From assembly GCA_043797665.1 (NCBI GenBank), contig JAZDPL010000055.1, positions 1-12,448 on the forward strand: a stretch of 12,448 nucleotides of DNA. Reading direction: 5' to 3'. The DNA is from Candidatus Omnitrophota bacterium. GTDB lineage: Bacteria > Ratteibacteria > UBA8468 > MWAK01. The stretch's first letter is position 1. Every line of letters starts with the position of its first letter. The position numbers were made by a program, and so were the translations under genes. Below the pieces are notes generated by a model. That model did no database searches. It worked only from the letters and a program-made list of their open reading frames with translations, and was not told the origin of the DNA. Below, piece by piece: positions 7,259 to 12,448 of the stretch.

Positions 7259-8292
7259 TTAATCCTCTTCAACAACCAGCCTCCGATTGCCAGAAGAAGG
7301 ATATCCGGAAGAAAAAAGGCCGGTGCCAGATACGGTTTTGCTCTCACCAGGGCATCCAGCCCGGAAAAAGCGAAGTAATAACCAAAGACCAATCCGCAGG
7401 CGCTGGTAACACTCCAGAGACTGCGTGGAATAAAGATGCCCAGCGGTATGCCGATAAACATGAAGAGTATCGGCGTTATCGCAAAAGAAATACGCCTTTT
7501 CTGTTCTGCTCTTGCGCCGGCCATAATCTGCCGGGATAGACGATAAGAACTTTGCTCCTGGAGTTTGGATTCGGGAGGTTTTGTCTTGTTTGCCTTTTGA
7601 GGCAAAGAAAAGAGATACTTCTTAAAACTGAGCCGTTGAAAAGCGTCCGGAGCCTGAGGCTGATAAATCTGAATGACGCCGTCTTCCAGACAGAGGTATG
7701 GCTGACCATGCCGCTGTACTACTTTAATCCGACCGGCGGAAATGGACCGCACCAAATTTTCATCTCTCTGATAGATAGTAACTTTGGTTTCCCGGCTGCC
7801 TTTATCCGGGATAAAGATGACCGTATTGGGAAAGTCGGTTATTACGGAACCAGGTTTAAAGAGGTTACCCGGGCTGCCAAACCGTGCCTGGACAAGGAGC
7901 AGACGGTTCTGATAAAGCCCGAAAGGCTGCACGAAACTGACCAGAAAAAAATTCACCATTGAGAGAAAAAGACCCAGTAACAGGAAGGGCATCAGAACCT
8001 GACTGAGCGGGATACCCAGACTTTTGATGGCTAAAAATTCGTGGTCCTGACTGAACCGGCTGAAAGTAAGGGACGTACCGAGCAAGACCGCTAACGAAAA
8101 ACCATAGGGCAGAAGTGCCAGAATTAAGAAAAACCAGTACCGGAACAAGAGCGAACCGGAAAGGACGTTGCGTACCAGCAGTTCGACCATCTGGAAAAGG
8201 CTGCCTAACGACAAAAGAAAAACGATAAAGCCCAACGCTACTAAAAAAGGGAGCCAGAAACTTTTTATCAGGTATCTATTTATTATCTTCAT
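7255..8292 (-). CDS. lptF: LptF/LptG-family (YjgP/YjgQ) permease, LptF-like
   Basis: 345 aa. Starts MKIINRYL..F..PF; 'FSRFSQDHEFLAIKSLGIPLSQVLMP' signature; L.DG in the periplasmic domain; IGIPLG in TM4. First gene of the tandem pair. Confidence 0.85.
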   Translation of the reverse strand: MKIINRYLIKSFWLPFLVALGFIVFLLSLGSLFQMVELLVRNVLSGSLLFRYWFFLILALLPYGFSLAVLLGTSLTFSRFSQDHEFLAIKSLGIPLSQVLMPFLLLGLFLSMVNFFLVSFVQPFGLYQNRLLLVQARFGSPGNLFKPGSVITDFPNTVIFIPDKGSRETKVTIYQRDENLVRSISAGRIKVVQRHGQPYLCLEDGVIQIYQPQAPDAFQRLSFKKYLFSLPQKANKTKPPESKLQEQSSYRLSRQIMAGARAEQKRRISFAITPILFMFIGIPLGIFIPRSLWSVTSACGLVFGYYFAFSGLDALVRAKPYLAPAFFLPDILLLAIGGWLLKRIK

Positions 8293-8370
8293 GGACCACG
8301 AGGGACTACCGGAGGTATCTGCCCGGATATTTGAATTTATGGCGGGACTGTGAAAACTTTGTCCTGACTC

Positions 8371-10725
8371 TTACGGCAGACTGTTGAGCATCTGGTAAGC
8401 AAAACCGTAAACCGGTAACAGTAAGGTGCGAACAACGGGTTTTGCCCATTTCTCCTGGTTGAGCCAATCAGCCATAATCGGGCCGTAACGGTAGTAGAAA
8501 CTTACGAAAGTCTTGCCCCAATCACTGTTCAGGAGAACCTTGTCCCGGAACTGCCGTAAAACCATTACATGAGGTTCCTGGTAAGAACCAAACGCGGCGG
8601 TGGCGATAAAACAACCCCCACCACCGCCATCACCGTCATCAGTATCAGCCGTGGCAGGAGAACCGGTAAAACTGTATAACCCGGTTTCAGTTGCGCCGAT
8701 TAGACTGCCGCAGATGAGAACGTTGATATTGTCCTGGTCCTGGGCTTCATAATAAAGTTCCCAGGTCGTTCCCCCATCAATGCTCCGGTAGATATAATTA
8801 TCCACTCCGGCATAGACTTCGCTTGGGTTATCCGGATTCACCGCGATAGTCCGGCAATACCCCTCCCCCTCCTCAATTTCAGAAAGGTCATCCCAGTTAT
8901 TCCCTCCGTCGGTACTCTTACAAACCCAACGGGAAGAAATACCTGAGGTATACTTTCTAACGCCGGCATAGACAATATTGCTGTCGGTGGGATCGGAAGC
9001 CAGGCAATAGACAATCGCATTTGCCAGGTCCGTGATATTACTCCAGGTGGTTCCGCCATCAGTACTCCTCCTCAAACCCATTAAGTCTGGATTTGTTTCG
9101 CCTTCTTTACCCAATCCCGCAAGAACCACTATATCCGTTAGGGTATCATCCCCAGGGAAAAAGATTACCGTATTGACCGGAACAGAGGTAAGTCCGGTAT
9201 CCTGCCAGGTCAAACCCGTGTCAACACTTACGCCCACTTTCCCATCGGTTGCATCCTCCTCGAAATCAAGAAAGGAAGCATAAACCGTAGTGGGAAAGTC
9301 CGGACAGACCGCAATCTTTGTCACCTTTACGTGGGAGCCTGCCGGATAGATATTATTCATAATCCATGACTCTCCACCGCTGGTACTGGTGAAAATCTCT
9401 CCGGCGTTACCGCCCACGTATACGGTCCGATAGGTTATTCCATCATACCCGGGGATTATGGCTACCGTAGTCAAGGGTTCCTGACCACCGGTAGCGTCTG
9501 TCGGCTGTCCCTCAATCAGGTTCTGCGGGTAAACAGGGAAATCCCAGGTTTGAGTAGTGGAAAAATCAGTACTTATTCCCAGACCGCTCTTGGATACGAA
9601 AAAAAAGGTGCTTTCGTCGTCGCTTACAACCGCATCGTTAATCACTAAAGCGGCAAGCCCTTCGTAACATTCAGACCAGTTAACACCGCCATCTGAACTT
9701 CTGGCTATCCCCCGGTCAGAACCGGCTAAAAGGAAGTTGGAGTCTAAAGAATCAATTGCCAAATCACCGGTATTGATATGCGTTTCCGTACTTCCTTCAG
9801 AAAGAGGAAAAGTCTCCCAGGTCTCTCCTCCGTCACTACTTCTGGCTGCACCGATAAAGAGATTTCCGTTACCGTCAAAGAGGACATATCCGGAATAGGT
9901 ACCAAAGTCGTTGTAATCCTCCTTCTTTTGCCAGGTACTTCCACCGTCGGCACTTTTATAAACCGAAGGATCCGCGGAACTGCCGCTAACGTAGAGTATG
10001 GTGGTGGTTAAAGAAGTGCCGCTTGCCGGGTCTATCCCCACTACATTGAAATCAGTCAAATTCTGCCCCGGGTTATCCTGGTCCGGGATGGTAACCTCTT
10101 CCCAATCTTCACCTCCATTAGAGGTACGAACAAGATGATCCGTACCTTCTTCTTCATAAACAACAAAAATAATGTCAGCCGTAACAGGATGAACCGCAAT
10201 TGCTCCGGGAAAAACCCCATCTCCTAAAGAACCTATCTGGGTCCAGGTATTTCCGTTATCACTACTCTTATAGACAATTCCACCATTTGTTCCTGAATAA
10301 AGAACCGAATTAGAGATAGTCAAAGATGCCGGTGAAGGGTTGGTAAGGGCATCATAGGCTAATAATGTCCAGGTCGTTCCACTGTCAACGCTCCTTAAGA
10401 TTCCGTTCTGTAAACAGACGTACAGATAAGCGGTATCTTCGTCAACCGCACATATTTGGGATTCCCCTTCGTAAGAATCGGCACTGCTTAAGATTACTGA
10501 CCAGGTAGCGCCATCATCAGTGGACCGGAATACTTTGTTAGGGCCTACCACAGCGGCGTAGATTATCCTGGATGTTCCATCATTATAGACGGCCAGACTA
10601 TTCACCTGACATCCGTAGAGACCAAAGTTTGTCTGGACAATCTCCGCAGAAAGGCGGGCGTTAAAAAAAAGTCCGAAAGAAAAAAACAACAAAATTTTTA
10701 ACCCCGCTATCCTTTTACTCCTCAT
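8371..10725 (-). CDS. Secreted Asp-box (BNR) repeat beta-propeller protein (Ycf48/VPS10/GH74-like fold) with a CFI-box-CTERM-type C-terminal domain
   Basis: GGAGGA SD then ATG at 10725 (784 aa). Signal peptide MRSKRIAGLKILLFFSFGLFFNARLSA. About 12 S/T-x-D/N-x-G-x-x-W repeats plus one degenerate. Acidic/Gly linker then GGGGGCFIATAAFG...LRQFRD..L...G..FV.FYYRYGP..A. Confidence 0.85.
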   Translation of the reverse strand: MRSKRIAGLKILLFFSFGLFFNARLSAEIVQTNFGLYGCQVNSLAVYNDGTSRIIYAAVVGPNKVFRSTDDGATWSVILSSADSYEGESQICAVDEDTAYLYVCLQNGILRSVDSGTTWTLLAYDALTNPSPASLTISNSVLYSGTNGGIVYKSSDNGNTWTQIGSLGDGVFPGAIAVHPVTADIIFVVYEEEGTDHLVRTSNGGEDWEEVTIPDQDNPGQNLTDFNVVGIDPASGTSLTTTILYVSGSSADPSVYKSADGGSTWQKKEDYNDFGTYSGYVLFDGNGNLFIGAARSSDGGETWETFPLSEGSTETHINTGDLAIDSLDSNFLLAGSDRGIARSSDGGVNWSECYEGLAALVINDAVVSDDESTFFFVSKSGLGISTDFSTTQTWDFPVYPQNLIEGQPTDATGGQEPLTTVAIIPGYDGITYRTVYVGGNAGEIFTSTSGGESWIMNNIYPAGSHVKVTKIAVCPDFPTTVYASFLDFEEDATDGKVGVSVDTGLTWQDTGLTSVPVNTVIFFPGDDTLTDIVVLAGLGKEGETNPDLMGLRRSTDGGTTWSNITDLANAIVYCLASDPTDSNIVYAGVRKYTSGISSRWVCKSTDGGNNWDDLSEIEEGEGYCRTIAVNPDNPSEVYAGVDNYIYRSIDGGTTWELYYEAQDQDNINVLICGSLIGATETGLYSFTGSPATADTDDGDGGGGGCFIATAAFGSYQEPHVMVLRQFRDKVLLNSDWGKTFVSFYYRYGPIMADWLNQEKWAKPVVRTLLLPVYGFAYQMLNSLP

Positions 10726-10789
10726 ATCTATCCTCCATTTGCCCATCAAAAAGAAATATTTTAGCCTGATATCTTACCTTATTTATTAT

Positions 10790-10818
10790 ATGTTATCTCC
10801 GATATATCTATTTGTCAA
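10790..10818 (-). promoter_or_regulatory. Putative sigma70 promoter of the propeller gene/operon
   Basis: Minus strand TTGACA (10818-10813), 17-nt spacer, TAACAT (10795-10790), with an overlapping TATAAT just downstream. Confidence 0.65.
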
Positions 10819-10900
10819 CTAAAAAGCTCCGAATTCCTTATTCCCAAACACCCCAAAACTCTGTTTTTATCTATAATATTTCGGGGAAAACCTCCGAGTG

Positions 10901-10909
10901 TGATATAAT
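10901..10909 (+). promoter_or_regulatory. Putative extended -10 promoter of the lipoprotein gene
   Basis: TGaTATAAT 27 nt upstream of ATG 10937; no convincing -35. A second TATAAT lies at 10872-10877. Confidence 0.5.
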
Positions 10910-10936
10910 TTGATTCTAAACAAAATGGGGGTAGGA

Positions 10937-11692
10937 ATGAAGAAAATAGTTTTAGTCTTAATGCTGGTTTTTTTAAGTGTGGGCTTTGTCGGATGTATAA
11001 AGGTGGAAAACAAATGTTATGTCTATCCTGATGGCGCAGGAAAAATAACGACCGTCTCCAACATAGATATTGCAAAGATTATTTCCACCGCCGGTCCAAT
11101 GGTAGGTTCTTTTAAAATAGAAAATTTGGGTATCTCCGGCCTTTCTGATTTAGACTTTACTTTCAGCATTTACACCGACGATATCAAAAAATTTAAAGAC
11201 CCCCAGAGTCCTATTTCTAAAGGAATAAAAGAGTTTGTCTGGACAAAAGAGAAGGACCAGTATCACTTCAAAGCGGTATTTGACCTCAAGACGGCACGGG
11301 AAAGTTCTCCCCAGGGTAAAGTAAACTTAGGAAAAGGTCCTGAGGCGAAGATGATGAAAAGTATGTTATTTTCGCAAATAGACCTTGCCCTGGTGGTCGT
11401 GATGCCGGGAAAAGTGGTAAAGAGCAACGGAGTCATTGAGGGAAGAAAAGCAATCTGGAATACCACCCTCCAGAAGATGTTTGAACAGGATGAACTAACG
11501 TTGGAAGCGTTCTCCGAATCCTCGTGCCCGGAACTGGATAAAGAGTATAAAACCTTTAAGGAGGAATCTTCTAAAGCCAACCAGAAGTACCAGGAGATGG
11601 TTGATTCCCTTAAAACGATATCCGGTTTCTTCCAATCAGGCGAAAGCGGCGTTGATACAACAGAAGGACAAGAGAAAAATAACGAAAAGTAG
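10937..11692 (+). CDS. Lipoprotein, possibly LppM/DUF3153-like, with a charged helical C-terminal tail
   Basis: ATG 10937 after a purine-rich GGGGGTAGGA. MKKIVLVLMLVFLSVGFVG-C lipobox. 'C......V.PDG.G' and 'V.MPGKV..SNG......W' resemble LppM-type lipoproteins. 251 aa. Confidence 0.7.
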   Translation: MKKIVLVLMLVFLSVGFVGCIKVENKCYVYPDGAGKITTVSNIDIAKIISTAGPMVGSFKIENLGISGLSDLDFTFSIYTDDIKKFKDPQSPISKGIKEFVWTKEKDQYHFKAVFDLKTARESSPQGKVNLGKGPEAKMMKSMLFSQIDLALVVVMPGKVVKSNGVIEGRKAIWNTTLQKMFEQDELTLEAFSESSCPELDKEYKTFKEESSKANQKYQEMVDSLKTISGFFQSGESGVDTTEGQEKNNEK

Positions 11693-11738
11693 GGGTCGGA
11701 TTTATCCGACCCGCGGGCTTGATAAATCAAGCCCCTAC
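11689..11738. repeat. Inverted doublet of GTAG-tagged REP-like palindromes
   Basis: GTAG-GGGTCGGA-TTTA-TCCGACCC, then GC, then GGGCTTGA-TAAA-TCAAGCCC-CTAC. Each unit is GTAG plus an 8-bp stem with a TTTA loop when read on its own strand. Confidence 0.8.
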
Positions 11739-11788
11739 AAAAGGAATTCCTATGCAATCAAGTTAGGTAATGCCTTTCTAATATGCGG

Positions 11789-12214
11789 ATGGGTAAAGAA
11801 AATCTGATTCGTTTCGGTGTTTCGCTGCCGGAAGACCTGTTGACGCGCTTTGATGCGCTTATCAAAAGTGCGTCTTATCCCAACCGGTCCGAAGCCATCC
11901 GTGATTTGATGCGGGAAAGTTTAATCAAGCGCGAATGGCAGACAAAGAGCCAGGACGTGGCGGGTGCGATAACCCTGGTTTATGACCACCACCAGCGGGA
12001 ACTGGTCAAACGGCTCACCGACCTCCAGCATGACTTCCACCGGAGCATCATCTCCAGCCAGCATATCCACCTGGACCACGACAACTGCCTGGAGGTTATC
12101 GTGGTAAAAGGAACGACCAAAGAAGTATTAAACCTGAGCCGGGTCTTGCGCGCCACCAAAGGCGTGAAGTTTGGCGAACTGACCATGGCTTCCACCGGCC
12201 GCCGCCTCAAGTGA
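11789..12214 (+). CDS. nikR: Nickel-responsive transcriptional regulator NikR
   Basis: RHH domain RFGVSL...L..FD......Y.NRSEAIRDL.R; metal-binding domain with YDHH, QH, HIH and C (HDNCLEV) matching the NikR Ni ligands. Start is 11789 or 11783. Confidence 0.96.
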   Translation: MGKENLIRFGVSLPEDLLTRFDALIKSASYPNRSEAIRDLMRESLIKREWQTKSQDVAGAITLVYDHHQRELVKRLTDLQHDFHRSIISSQHIHLDHDNCLEVIVVKGTTKEVLNLSRVLRATKGVKFGELTMASTGRRLK

Positions 12215-12221
12215 CCTTTTT

Positions 12222-12292
12222 TGTCATTGCGAGCATAGCGAAGCAATCCCGATGAGATTGCCACGTTACAAACTACGTTCCTCGCAATGACA
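12222..12292. repeat. (C/T)GTC-tagged palindromic intergenic element
   Basis: Perfect 12-bp terminal inverted repeat TGTCATTGCGAG (12222-12233) / CTCGCAATGACA (12281-12292). It encloses an inner hairpin GCAATC/GATTGC and a short ACGT..ACGT hairpin. Confidence 0.8.
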
Positions 12293-12396
12293 TAGGGCAC
12301 CGGATTCCTGAAATTCCGACATAAGAAGTTTTTTATGCTGAAACCCGCATCCTGATTGCCATCCGGTAGTTTTTTGTGTAATCCCAGAAGGTCTTC

Positions 12397-12425
12397 TTGA
12401 CAGACGGCAGGTTTTTTGTTATAAT
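12397..12425 (+). promoter_or_regulatory. Consensus sigma70 promoter for a gene beyond the window
   Basis: TTGACA (12397-12402), 17-nt spacer ending TGt, TATAAT (12420-12425). Confidence 0.88.
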
Positions 12426-12432
12426 CTGTATA

Positions 12433-12448
12433 GTTAATAAATATTAAC
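12433..12448. promoter_or_regulatory. Operator-like palindrome at the predicted transcription start
   Basis: GTTAATA-AA-TATTAAC, a perfect 7-2-7 inverted repeat beginning 8 nt after the -10. Confidence 0.55.

Noticed and set aside
1169..10011. Many 60-180 aa alternative-frame or antisense ORFs inside the long genes
   Set aside because: They are fully nested in well-supported CDSs and show no motifs or translation signals.
8700..10530. Recurring CCAGGT-type DNA motifs as a possible CRISPR or tandem array
   Set aside because: They encode the Thr-Trp ends of Asp-box protein repeats; spacing is irregular and there is no constant repeat.
11739..11788. Possible NikR autoregulatory operator (TATGC/TAATGC repeats)
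   Set aside because: Short direct matches only; no inverted half-sites at NikR-like spacing.
11263..12300. ORFs 11263-11757 (-), 11601-11807 (+) and 11980-12300 (-)
   Set aside because: Shadows of the lipoprotein and nikR genes that begin in or cross the palindromic repeats.

Overview
Bacterial chromosomal window, probably from an anaerobic diderm (LptF/LptG pair, 2-oxoacid:ferredoxin oxidoreductase subunit, NikR); the taxon cannot be assigned from the sequence alone. Left to right: a GC-rich, compositionally foreign-looking membrane protein gene (DUF3592-like) just past the 3' end of tRNA-His(GUG); an AraM/EgsA-type sn-glycerol-1-phosphate dehydrogenase divergent from a class II fructose-bisphosphate aldolase; a strong terminator followed by an orphan 2-oxoacid oxidoreductase gamma subunit; a minus-strand four-gene run (secreted Asp-box beta-propeller with a CFI-box-type C-terminal sorting domain, lptF, lptG, cytoplasmic GH3 glycosidase); a divergent lipoprotein; nikR bracketed by two different palindromic REP-like elements; and a perfect sigma70 promoter with an operator-like palindrome at the right edge. 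No integrase, transposase or CRISPR array is present. The best candidates for something new are the propeller/CFI-box-LptFG-GH3 run, the fba/G1PDH pairing and the junction at tRNA-His. All assignments come from motif recognition by eye; counts and GC values are manual estimates.
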